Below, in pieces: positions 12,726 to 25,662 of a DNA stretch of 64,000 bases. Source of the stretch: the human T2T-CHM13v2.0 reference genome, Homo sapiens; the NCBI RefSeq assembly GCF_009914755.1, contig NC_060941.1; one strand, 5' to 3'. The notes beneath the pieces were generated by a model that had not been told where the DNA came from, made no database searches, and was given only the letters and a program-made list of their open reading frames with translations. Within the stretch, counting starts at the first letter, position 1; every line of letters starts with the position of its first letter. The position numbers and the translations under genes were made by a program.

Positions 12726-12864
12726 GACATATCTGTTGCCCCATCCAATTCTACATGAGTCCTAGAGAGCCCCAGAGCCCATCAACTGTGCTCCCCCATT
12801 ATAAGTCAGTAATTTGTCACCAAGTCTGTTTTGGTTTTGGTGGTTCTTGACAGAGGCACGCACC

Positions 12865-13100
12865 CATTCATTCATTCCTTAGTTCTGATTTGAATGTCTG
12901 CTATGTGCCTGGCACTATCCAAGGCACTAGGGATGCAGCAATGAACAAAACAGACAAGTCCTTGTCATTATGGAGGAAGATAAAGAAATAAACAAATGAA
13001 ATATATAGTTTGTCGTATCGTGATAAGTACCAGGAAGAAAAATAAGGCAGAAAAGGCGTCAAAGGGGCTGCTCTAACGGTGCTTCAGGAAGGTGGGAAGA
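12865..13100 (-). mobile_element. L2 3' fragment
   Basis: CATTCATTCATTC...CTATGTGCCTGGCACT...GGGATGCAGCAATGAACAAAACAGAC. Confidence 0.8.
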
Positions 13101-13214
13101 TGAACAGAAGACACCTGGTATTTCATCCGGCTTCAATCTGTTTAACGTAGCAAATTACCCCTATCTGGCTGACCTTCAGAAAACCAGTAAACAAGTTTGT
13201 AGAAAAGTATACCT

Positions 13215-14035
13215 CTGTGTTGTCTCATATAAAGATACTGACTGATATTCAGGCAGATTCTCCCCACAGAAATTGGTATAATCCTGAGTGTGAATCCAAG
13301 TTGCAGATTCTCCAAACAAAGCCAAGAAGTCACATCTTCAGCCCTCTGAGCCTTTTGTGCATTTTTGAAATTAGAACTTCAGCTTCATGCACAATATTCT
13401 GGTATCAAAGGCCACCCTGCAAAAAATTTTTAAAATACTATCTCACATATTAGTTAATTATCAGTGAACATCAAGATTCTACTCTGTGCTGAAGTTGAGC
13501 CTGGTTGCTGCCTTCAGTAAAAGCCACAAGTAACTTGTGGCCAGATGACCCAATAAGAGTAAACAATACCAAAGAGAGCACAATTTTGCTTTTTTTTAAA
13601 TACAGATTGACTAAAAGTAAGTTCTAAAAAATTTAAACACAGGCAGATTGTACAACAAAGGTTTCTCAAAAGAGCTGGGTTATGAGAAGGATCTTAAAGA
13701 ATGGATCAATTCTAGCAGTGGGGGGTAATGATTGCATATTTTGTTAGTCAGGCCTGGCATACATGGCAGTCAGGGAGGTCTGCAGCCTGATTGATGGCTT
13801 CTCTTATGAAAAGCTGCAGACATTGTGTAAGATTGTGGTTTGGTAGGTCTTGAGAAGCCATCCAACATTTACTCACCAAGACTGGTTGAGCACCTCATCT
13901 ACCCCAGGCTGAAGATGTGACTTCTTGACTTGCTTTGGAGAATCTGCACCTTGGATTCGCACTGAGGATGACATCAATTTCTATGGGTAGAATCTGCCTG
14001 AATATCAGCCGGTATCTTTAAATGAGACAATACAG
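13215..14035. repeat. 129-bp inverted repeat (13215-13343 / 13907-14035)
   Basis: Manual ungapped alignment gives ~15 mismatches in 129 bp. Confidence 0.95.
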
Positions 14036-14399
14036 GCACTGTGCTGAGACATGGGGAAATCACCTGTAGCCAAGGGGCAGGGGCTGAGACAGGCTGCGAG
14101 TGAGGAAAACAGAGGGTGCTTGTAGGGTGGGAGGGATCAGGAAGTCTGCCTGGGTCACACCAGCGTGACACGAGGGTAAGGACAAAACTCAAAGCGTGGC
14201 AGTGGAAATGGAAAGGAAAAGAGAATATTAGTCATTCTACGTAAAAAAGCAGTCAACAGAATTGATATCTGACTGTACATGGGGATTGAGGAAGACGTAC
14301 ACTGACCGTAATTCATTGTTTAAGCCTGAGAGAATATTGGTACAATTGTTAGAAACATAAAGCGATCACTTCAAGGATGACTCAGGAGGAAATAAGCGC

Positions 14400-14680
14400 A
14401 CATTACTTTGAAGCCATACTTCCATAGAGCTAACACCGTGCCCGGAACTAAGGTGACTACCTAGAATAAATCACCACATATTCTCACAACAACCAAAGGA
14501 ACCAAGGGAACCCAGGGAATTTCACAGTTGCCATCTCCATTTTACAGATGAGGAAACCTGAGCTCGAGGAAAGGAACTTAATGTATATCATTCAGCTAGA
14601 CAGACAAGGGGAGGGTGGGATTCTATGCAAAGTTCATCTCATTCAAAAGCCTGCATTCTCTAAGAACTACCACTGCCGCA
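14400..14680 (-). mobile_element. MIR
   Basis: Core CCATTTTACAGATGAGGAAACCTGAGCTC. Confidence 0.75.
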
Positions 14681-14702
14681 GAGGTTAAAAAACTAATGTT
14701 AT

Positions 14703-14990
<288 letters not shown>

Positions 14991-15759
14991 CTAATGTTAT
15001 TTTCTGCCTATAACGTAATTTAATATAGCTAGAAATTATTAACATTAAATATTTATATTTTTCTGCATGCAATAGTAACACATGTGACTTGTAAAAATGC
15101 TCTAATATGAAAGATAATGTAAAGTGTAAAAAATTCCAATAATCTCCTTCCCTCAGAAAATCATTATAAGTAGCATTGAAATATTATTATAGATTAAAGT
15201 CTCTATTAATTCTAGTTTTTAAGTAAATCTTATTACCTTACTGCTACGCCTTGTTTCTTTGTATAAAAGATCATCCACTTAGGTCTTTGAAATGAGTATT
15301 TCACATTTATCATGGCATAGCCTTAGGTACGTGTCAATGATTCAGTTCTTAATGAGGGAAAGGAATCTTCCTCTGAGTTCCCATTCTCTGGATAATCTAA
15401 CAATCTAGATTTAACTCATTTCTACCAATTTCCACATGTTCAGCCTTTAAGTCAAAGAATTAGCATCATAAATTCTGATCTTGCTCACTGGGCATAGATG
15501 GGCAGTTATTTATTCATATCTGAATTTGTATGAACCTTCATGATCAACTTTCTAATTATTATCAGCCTATATCCCTCGACTTACAATCTCAGGAAAAAAA
15601 AAAACTGATTCAGATTGAAAATACCAGGTATAAGGAATGTGTTGACATGAAAACTATGAATGTCAGCCGGGAGAATTCAGGGTTATTTTCTTAGTGGTGA
15701 ACTCACCTTCATAGGATAAAAGGGTAAAAAAATGCATTGGGTAAAAAAGTTCTAAGCTT

Positions 15760-16200
15760 CATTCAACCCATACTTTATATCAGTCAGTGCACAGGGGATG
15801 TGGCAGCGAATACAATGAACAGTCCTGTGCAGGTGAAGCTTGCTTTTCATGGGGAAAGACAAGTGAAGAAGCATGGTATTGACAAATTGTGATCATGCAA
15901 TGAAGGAAACAGTCAGCAGAGAAAATAGAACGAGTCAGGAAAGTCTCTTTAGACAAATGACCAGAAATAGTTCCTTTTAGCTGAGACCTGAAGCATACGA
16001 ACAAGTTTGGTCTTCCACTTATCACCCACTCACTTCTTCAATCTCCATCTTGACTGATCCTGATCTGTTCTCCATTCCTGCAACAATGCAGCTGAAATTC
16101 ACCAGATCAAATCATGTCTCCAGAGCGCCTGGAGTCACTTTAAATCCATGAGCACAAATGTCAAAGGAGCAACCCTAGAAATCCCTAGACACTCTAGAAA
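15760..16200. mobile_element. L2 fragments
   Basis: GGGGATGTGGCAGCGAATACAATGAACAGTCC...TAGCTGAGACCTGAAG. Confidence 0.55.
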
Positions 16201-16244
16201 TCCTACTCAGCCCCCCAAATAAAGAGTGTGCTTTCTCACTCAAC

Positions 16245-16720
16245 TTGTCAAGGTCCTAGCAGAAATAGAGTACAACATAGATGTCTCAGAAGACTTTAAT
16301 GAAAAAACCTCTCAAAGAGATGTGGGCAAAATTAAGAGAAACACTAGGGATGTTAGGGCACTCAGAGATGAGTGGGAGTGGGTAGTTGTTCCATCCTTAA
16401 ATCTGAACAGGCAAGAGGAGAAGGAAGCAGTATTACTGAATCACGGAGAGCTCTGGATCCATGGATAAAACATCATCTGGTAGGAGCACCAGTTTTGGAG
16501 GGACACAGCCATTGACATGGAGGAACCAGGGAAAAAACACCTAGACTTTTTTCTCTCCCACCCCAGTCTCCCACTGGTGCCTCTGTTGACAAATCCCACC
16601 AAGGGCCAGCCAACAAGGACATTAACATGATGCCGTCAGTGGGGGCAGGCTTCCAAGGCATAGAGCAGGGCAAAGGATGGAGATAGGGATGGGGGATAAA
16701 CAGAAAACAAGGAACATTGC
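16245..16720 (-). mobile_element. ERVL LTR (LTR41-like)
   Basis: GTCAAGGTCCTAGCAGAAATAGA...GATGTGGGCAAAATTAAGAGAAAC...GGGATG resembles antisense LTR41. Confidence 0.6.
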
Positions 16721-16774
16721 ACTCCAAGATGCCAATTTCATGCTTTCTCCTTTTGCCTGAAAACCTCATAACCA

Positions 16775-17520
16775 TGGTATGGTCTCTTTGGAAATCGGTT
16801 CAGCAGTTTTCTATAAATGTAAACATAAATTTACCACATGACCCACTGATCCTCTTCCCAAGTAGAATCTTTCCTTTCCCAAGAAAGATGAAAGATGAAA
16901 ATGAATGTTCACTCAAAATCTGTACATGAGTGTCCAGAGTGACTTTATTCAGAATCCTCCAAAGCTGGAAATAACCCAAATCTATACAATGGTATTGCAC
17001 TCAAGCAATACACACTGATGAACTACTGATACACGTGAAATGCAGATGAATTTCAAATGCTCCATACTATACAACATTTATGCTATACAACATTTATTAT
17101 ACAACATCAAATGCTCCCTTTCATACAACATTCTCAAAAAGGCAGAATAAGGATATTAATCAGCTCGGTGACTGCCTGGAGGCCCAAGGGGATGTGGGAT
17201 GCTGAAGGGTCACCCCCTTGGTTATTCCATTTTTCCTCAAGACCCCGAGGGATTGCCCCTTTTGCATAAGCACATTTTGGGGTGTGGCTTTCTTATCCAA
17301 ACTGCCTGGGTCTGGGGAGAGGAGAGGAGTTGACTACAAAGGGGCACAAGGGAATTGGGGCAGGGGGGTGATGACACTGTTCGATATACTGATTGTAGCA
17401 AAAACTGTGTGTGTGTGTGTGTGTGTGTGTTTGTGTGTGTGTTAAACCTTATGAAACTCTGCATGAAAAGGGGTGAATTTTAACAGATGTAAATAATAAT
17501 AAACCTGACAACAACAAGAA
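16775..17520 (+). mobile_element. Old L1M 3' end with internal insert and (TG)n
   Basis: TTACCACATGACCCA, AAGCTGGAAATAACCCAAAT, TTGACTACAAAGGGGCACAAGGGAA, GGTGAATTTTA...AATAAACCTGAC. Confidence 0.8.
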
Positions 17521-17735
17521 AGCCACCCCCATACCATCCCGCCCACTCTCAGATGATGATTTTACTTTTTATGTCAATGATAAAATGGAATACATCTTGA
17601 GAAGGCTGTTTTATAGTCTCATCACCAAGTTCTGAAAACCCTTAGGATCCGTAATTTCACCTGTCCTTCCTGGCATTCAAGAGGAAGAAGTGACTTCCTG
17701 TTGATTCGAAAGGCAAATGCTTCTTCAGGTGTTCT

Positions 17736-18246
17736 GTGTCAGGGATAAAACTCTTTCTCCTTCCCATCTTAGGTTCGTGACTGATGCTCCTATCACAAAA
17801 GACAAATTAACAAAAAAAGTCATACGAATGTATTGACTATAAATTTTATGTGACACAGAAATGAAGACTCAATGAGACAGGGAAACCTGTGTTTTCTTAT
17901 GCTGAGTGTGATGAAGAAGTGGATGGTCTTGGAGAAGTATGATTGGACAAAGGGGGTAGAGTCTAATGGTGATTAACTGGAAGGAATGTAGCAAGGACTA
18001 TTTGTTAAGATTCTTCTGTGTCCCTGCATCTTCCGGGATACAGATGTTTCTTTCCTCTGGATATAGGGAAGGCACCTCTCACATGAGGTGCCTTGAGGAG
18101 TTTCTTTCCTCTGGATATAAGGAAGGCACCTCTCACATGAACTGCTTCAGGGGAGAAGGTTGAAGGTGACCTTCTGGCTTCTGCTGTTTTCTCAAATGCC
18201 ACATTTGGTGCCATGTTTTGGGTTAGTGTGTCCTGTACACTGTCGC
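17736..18246 (-). mobile_element. ERV1 MER4-group solo LTR (MER34/MER39/MER67-like)
   Basis: AAAAGACAAATTAAC, GAAGTATGATTGGACAAAGGGG, CTTCTGCTGTTTTCTCAAATGCC...GGTGCCATGTTTTGGG. Confidence 0.7.
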
Positions 18247-18459
18247 ATGTACTCCTGTCTCCAATTAGTCCTCCCTTTCCCATCTCAGTCCCTCCCTTTA
18301 CCAGATTATCTCCTTCAATATGTAGACAAGTCTCTCTCGATTCCATCACCCACCCCAATTTCTGCCCCATCTCTCTGCCCCTTCCACAACAAATATCTTA
18401 AGTACTTATCTACTCAATGCTTTCTCCACTTCCTCATTTCTAATCCACTCTTTAAAATA

Positions 18460-19600
18460 ATTCTTTAAAATTTCCAATATAAAGGAAATGATAAATAATA
18501 GTATAATCATTATTCATGTTTTCAATACCCAGATTTCACAGATGTTAACACTTAGCTATATTTGCTCAAGATCCTTATCTTTTTGTTTTTAAGAAATAAA
18601 ACATTACCTGTATAATTGAATCCCCTTTTGGACTCCTTCCCAATCCTATTATCCCCTCATTCCCCAGAGGTGACCTCTATTCTGAATTTGATATGTACCA
18701 TTCCCTCCATGGCCTTGTATTTTACCACATCCACTTATGTCCAGAAATGACATGTAGAATTGTATAGCGTGCATTTAAACTTGATACAACTAGTATCTTA
18801 TCGTACTTTGTCACTTACGTCTTCAATTACTTTTTGCATCCCATTTCTTTCTTTGGCTTTATTTATTCATTTATTTATTTTGCTGGAATATGTTCTTTCA
18901 TAATTCTTTCAAAAAGAGTGTGTGGGGGGATAAACATGGTTATTTCTTGCATGTCAGAAAAATTACATATTTCCTGCAGACTTAAATTATACTTTTTGAA
19001 TACAGAATCATATTTTCAGGTTACTTTCTTCAGATGATTAAACGTATTGCTCAATTGTCTTTCTGTAGCCAATGCTGCCAGTGACATATGATCTGATCCT
19101 AAGTTCACATTGGATTTCTCTCTCTCTGTCTGTCTCTCTCTTTCTCTCTCTCTGCATGTGTGTGTTGTGTGTGTTGGCCTTTCCTTCTCAGCTTTAGATA
19201 TCTTTCTCTTTGTACAGGTGAGAGTTCTTTTTCACCTTATACTACTCTTTACATTTGAAGACATTTCTTTCCTTAATTTGGGGAAATTATACCCTATTAT
19301 TGCTTAAGAATTTCTTCCCCTGAATTTCACTATTCCTTCCTTCTGAAATGCCTATTAGTTTGACATTGGTCATCCTGGAGCTGTCCTTCCTTCTCTTTAC
19401 TTTTTTACTAAACATTTCATGCCTGTGGCCTTGTGGTCTGTCAGGATTCTTGGGATCTATTCCCCATTTTCACAAATTCTGCTTTCCAGCCCATCCATTA
19501 AATAGAATATTTTTTGGTTTTTGTTTTTTAAATTTTGATGAGGTTTTCAGTTCCAAGATCTCTGTTTCATCCTTCAATGAACAGAATATCCTCCTACATT
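18460..19600 (-). mobile_element. Decayed L1M fragments, antisense
   Basis: CCCCAGAGGTGACCTCTATTCTGAATTTG; AATTTGGGGAAATT...CCTTCTGAAATGCCTATTAG. Confidence 0.6.
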
Positions 19601-20227
19601 TCTTGGAAAACCATTGCCCTGTTCATCTCCCATTAATTCTGTTTTCTCAGGCTGGTTGCACCTGGCAGCTGTCTTCAGGCTGTTGGTTTTCCTTAAGTGT
19701 GTGATCCCCAAGTGCCTACATGAGACCATGGTACAAATGCCTGATTTCAGCCTTCTTCATAAAGGAAACAGTGGGGCCCGCTGCCCCATGGAAGGTACCA
19801 GTAGCTGTTCTTCCACATGGATGAGTTCTCTGTTTGTTCTGGGTGTTACCATCATGTTGATGCTGGGTCTCCGTCCCAGGCAATCCTGGCCACTCTCTTG
19901 TACTCTCTGCCTACCCCAAAATTCCATGGGGGCCTGAGGGGATTCAGGATGCTGAAGGGTCACCCCCTTGGTTGTTCCATCCTTCCCCAAGAACCTCTGG
20001 ATTGCCCCTTTTGCACATAACCACATTTGGGGGTGTGGCTTTCTTATCCAAACTGAACTCATGTTCTTTTCCCATCTGTCAGGGATTCCACACAGTTTTA
20101 GCTAAAAGGGGTGCTGCTTTTTTTTTTTCTTTCTGAACTATGATGCATTTGTTCAGTACTCTTTTCTACAATGTCTGTGGATTCAAACAAAAGGCGAAGG
20201 GCTGAAGCATGTGTGCAACTATTGTAA

Positions 20228-20603
<376 letters not shown>

Positions 20604-21131
20604 CTACTGGACCATTTTAGCATTCCACAGTGAGTGTGTGGTGTGTGTGTATCTTTCATCCTTCACCTTTCTCGGTTAGCACTTCCAGAACTATTTCAGA
20701 TAACTGTAGTCAGGGCAGGTGGCCTGCTTAATCCTCTTTTCTCGTCATTCTGGCCCCTCCCCATCTTTCACAAAAAATAAGGAGACTTCCAACTGCTGCA
20801 GTCCCCTGCGCCCCTGAATAGAGCTCATTAGATTAAGGAGAGACCCCTGACACAGGTTGCATGCATGTGCATCAGGGCCTCTTTTTCTAGAAATTTGAAG
20901 TAACAATCACACAGATACATAATTAAAAATTGCAATAAGTAAAATGAAGATCAATGTCAAGGAGCTGTAAGAGGCTGAGTTCTGAAGGACTTCACCTGGT
21001 TGAAGAGAAGAGAAAGGTTCCAGGCAGGAAGAGTACAGGTGAGGGCCATGGGAGAGGAGAGCACATGCCACCACTAAGGGGCTGAAGGAAGTCCAGGAGG
21101 TCTGGTGGGTGGAATCCCAGGAAGAATACCT

Positions 21132-21163
21132 TCCTCCTCTTCCTCCTCCTCCTCCTCCTCCTC
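21132..21163 (+). repeat. (CCT)n microsatellite
   Basis: About 10 CCT/CTT units. Confidence 0.9.
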
Positions 21164-21789
21164 AATACCACTGAGTTTCTGTACCCTACATTGCCCCAAA
21201 GACCTTACAGGTCTCAGCCCATTTAAGTAAGGAAGAAGAACTGAAGAGGAACCATAATCTGTAGGACATTGATACCACATTAAAGACCTGGTTCTCTTGC
21301 ATAAGAACAAAAGGAATTAATTACAGGTATAAAGAATGGTCATGTGACAAGATGTGCACATTAAAGGATTCTGACCTTCAGAGAATGGGAAGAAGTTGGG
21401 TGAGATGGGAAGCAGGAAGATCACTCATGCCACTATTTCAGGGGCAGTACCCTGAACTACTCCTGACTTTAAGGAGAATGCCCTGTTGTTACAAAACTAA
21501 ATGTGGTAGGTGATTGTTCATTTCAGATAATTCTGTTAACCCTGTGAATGAAGGGCAGTTATATTGCTAGATTACTCAGTCTTTTGTTTATATTTGAAGT
21601 CAGGCATGGAATTGAATTCTATAAAATTGACTTTTTTTGAAATGATTTTATTTGTAACTAAAAGAAATTACAAATATGTTAAAATACATTTCTTATAAAT
21701 CTAGGGGGAACCTCCTTGGTCATGTGGTATATTTTATTTGCTGAGATGAGAGAACTTCTAAAATCTGTATTAATAAGAGAAACTGATAA

Positions 21790-22157
<368 letters not shown>

Positions 22158-22704
22158 CGGTGCTAGATTTTTAAAACAGATTGGGTTGCTTACCTTCTTT
22201 CTCTCTGCCCAGTAGCAATTTAAATAATAAAGGAATTTTATTGAATCCTGAAAAGAATTTATCCATGAAACCACCTAGGTGCAGACATTTTGGCAGGAGG
22301 GAAAATGATTCTTTGAAAACTTTGCTTATTTTTCCCCTTATTATTTATCTTATTTTCCTTTAATAAGATTTGAAGTCTTTGTAAGTTGCCCATATCTTCC
22401 AGCTTTTTGAAATGATTAACAAAGACTGGAAAATAAATTTGGAAAATACATTATTCTTTCCTTAGAATCTTCTACATATATAAATTCCTTTTCTCAGTCT
22501 TAATTTACCCTTATTCTTTTTTCCTTGATTAATCTTTCTAGAGCTGTCTATCTCATTATTGTTTTCAGAGAAGCCAGTTCTTAGAATTATGTTATGCAGT
22601 TTTTTCTATGTGAAATGTATTAATTTCTGCTTACCTTCCTCCAGTCTCCTTATTGAAGTTATTTTTCTACCATCTTGAGTTGAATATTTATTTACATTCA
22701 TTTG

Positions 22705-22765
22705 TGTATATATATATATGTGTGTATATATATATGTGTGTGTATATATATATATATATATATAA
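22705..22765. repeat. (TA/TG)n microsatellite
   Basis: Read directly from the sequence. Confidence 0.9.
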
Positions 22766-22917
22766 TTCATTCATTTAAAACTATGCATCTTCCTGTGGTT
22801 ACTGCTGCCTTGACCATATCTTATATTTTGACATACACTGTATTTAATAGCCTTTTAAAATCTAAAGTTGCCTGCTGATTTCTTAATGCATAGACAATAT
22901 CAATTTTATTACTCTGA

Positions 22918-23312
<395 letters not shown>

Positions 23313-24212
23313 TAAAAATACCATGTATTATAAGGCCCTTCACTCTTCTGCCTTGAGAGTAAAGCAGACTATGCTTCTCCTGTCTTCTTTTTCTTGCCTT
23401 TAGTTTCATCACGTTACACAGATCATGTCTTGGTGTCCACTTCACAAGACATTGGTTAGGAGTCATCATGCCCTCAATGTCCCAGCTCAGAGGTAAAACA
23501 TCCCTTGTAGAGTAATATCCAGACACACCTTTTTCTCATCAGTTGCTCTTAAAGTGTACTGAAACCCATGATTAAAATAGGTACTTTTTTTTTTCAAGGT
23601 TTCAATACTCAATATTCTAAGAATGAAGTGACATCAGGAAAGTAATTGCTATGGTGCAAGATGTTGAAAGGGTGAATAATAAAAATCAGATGGATTTCTT
23701 GGAAGGAAAATACGTTTACAGTTCAAACACAGGGCCTGGGTGGAGATACAGAACCAGGGGAAGAAATTAAAACATATGAGAGTCAAGGGTAACGGTCAGA
23801 ACAGCTCGGAATGTGAGACTGATGGAGCATGAGAGTCCAGCAGGACTGGAGGGCCAGAAGGACAGAGTTTCACTCTGTGGTAGGCCCATTAAAGGTCTTG
23901 TTTACCTGAAGATACTACAATAATTGAAATTGCATATTAATTGGAAATTGCATATTAATAAGTCCATTTAAGCCTGTTTGCTTTACTCTGTGTTTGCTTA
24001 TATTTGCATTACCACTTGGCAGCGTCTGGGTCTTTATGATGCATCTTTTGCAGCTGGATAAGCTTGAATCTATAAAAGTTGTGAATAAAAATTTCTCAAA
24101 CATAACGAGGGGATAGTCCTCAGCCACTGGAATAGGTAGCCATGCCCCTAATCCAGAAAACACTCATTCTTGGATGCATTCTGCCAATTTGACATCTTTT
24201 ACTCTCCGATTT

Positions 24213-24755
24213 TGTGGTAGTGCTCTCCAAAGTGGCCTTTATCAATTCAGACCATTCCTATATATGCCTGCTGCTTCTTCAGTAAAGAGGTGAATGCTAA
24301 TTCCCCTGTCCTTGGCCTTAGTGACTTGCTTAACCCACAGAATGCAGTAGAAGCAGGATTTCTGTGACTTCCCAGGCTGAGTCATAAGAAGCTTTGCAGT
24401 TTCCACCTGAGTCTCTTGGATTGCTCACTCCTGTAAAACATCCACCGTGATATAAGGAGCCCGTGCCACATGGAAATGCCATGTGTATGTGTGCCTGTCC
24501 TCAACCTCGGCTGAATTCTCATCTGGCATCAACTGCCAGCCTTTGAGTTGGACTTCTTGGCCATTCAACTCAGTTGGACCTTCAGTTGAGTGCAGCTTCA
24601 TCTGATATTTGTCTGCAACCATGTAAGCGTCATCAAATGAGAAACCAGCCAAACCCAATCAATGCATAGAACCATGAGAAATAATAATAAACATTTTATA
24701 CCACACAGGTTTGGGGTAGTTTTTTTTACATACACAACGATACATAACCAGAATA
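24213..24755 (+). mobile_element. MaLR LTR (MLT1F/G-like)
   Basis: TGTGGTAG...GACTTCCCAGGCTGAGTCATAAGAAG...CAGAACCATGAGAAATAATAA...ATAACCAGAATA. Confidence 0.8.
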
Positions 24756-25299
24756 ATCATCTATGTTTCAATGACCCAAATAAGTATCTTTCTGAGGGAT
24801 GCAAACATTTCTTACTTCTTTGGCTATATAATGTATTCTTCCAGGTTAAAGTCAAACCATGCTTACTTGGAGCAATTATACCTTCAATATTTCTGCTTTG
24901 ATCCATTATTATGCTATTTATTGCTCAAACAGCAATATCATTTTTAGATTATTATTGAAGATGAAGATACCTTATTTTTGTTCCCATTGATCACCTAATG
25001 GTAATTATGGTGAAACTCCAGGCTCTGATTTTAGTAAACTGCTGAATTTACTGTTCAGTTGAATTGCTGCTCAACTCAACAGGTATTTATCAACTGTCTT
25101 TTATGCACTGTGATTGTGGCTGTACAACTTGCAAAATGAATGTATTTCTGTTCTCAAGGACCCTTTAGTTCAGGAGAGAAGATAACTCAGATACAAAAAC
25201 ATTGTAATTCAAGGAAGAATGTGGTGGGTCCTAAGTGTGAGGAGCACATGTAAAGTCACATTAGGGCTCAAGAGAGGAACAAGGGAAGTATCATTCAGG

Positions 25300-25540
25300 A
25301 GACAGCATAGGAGAGGAGAAAGTAGAGAAAGACCTAGTTTGAATCCCAGATCTGCCACTAACCTGAACAAGCTATTTAAACTTCCAAATTTATAATATAG
25401 GGAAAAAGACACTACATTAGCAAACATTCTTTTAGTTAGGTTTTGTTTTTTGTTTTTTTTTTTTTTTTGAGCAACTGTTTTACAGAATTGTGAGAATTAG
25501 ATAAAATAAGGGAAAGAAACTAGTGGTAATCTCAAAAAAA
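25300..25540 (+). mobile_element. MIR
   Basis: GACCTAGTTTGAATCCCAGATCTGCCACTAAC. Confidence 0.65.
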
Positions 25541-25662
25541 GGTACTTTATTGATGGTGGCTGGTGTTATCATCATTATTATCACCCCTTTCAATGTTTAA
25601 TTAGTGGTTTCATAAAAGACTTAATGGAGAGATGGCATATAAGCTGAGACTTTAAAAATGTT

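Larger units (their letters stand above)
17180..20055 (+). repeat. ~125-bp dispersed direct repeat (17180-17304 / 19930-20055)
   Basis: Shared GGATGCTGAAGGGTCACCCCCTTGGTT...GGGGTGTGGCTTTCTTATCCAAACTG; ~85% identical by eye. Confidence 0.95.

Noticed and set aside
13215-14035. Inverted arms interpreted as TIRs of a novel DNA transposon
   Set aside because: No TSD outside the pair; the second arm alone carries a TSD and interrupts an L2 tail.
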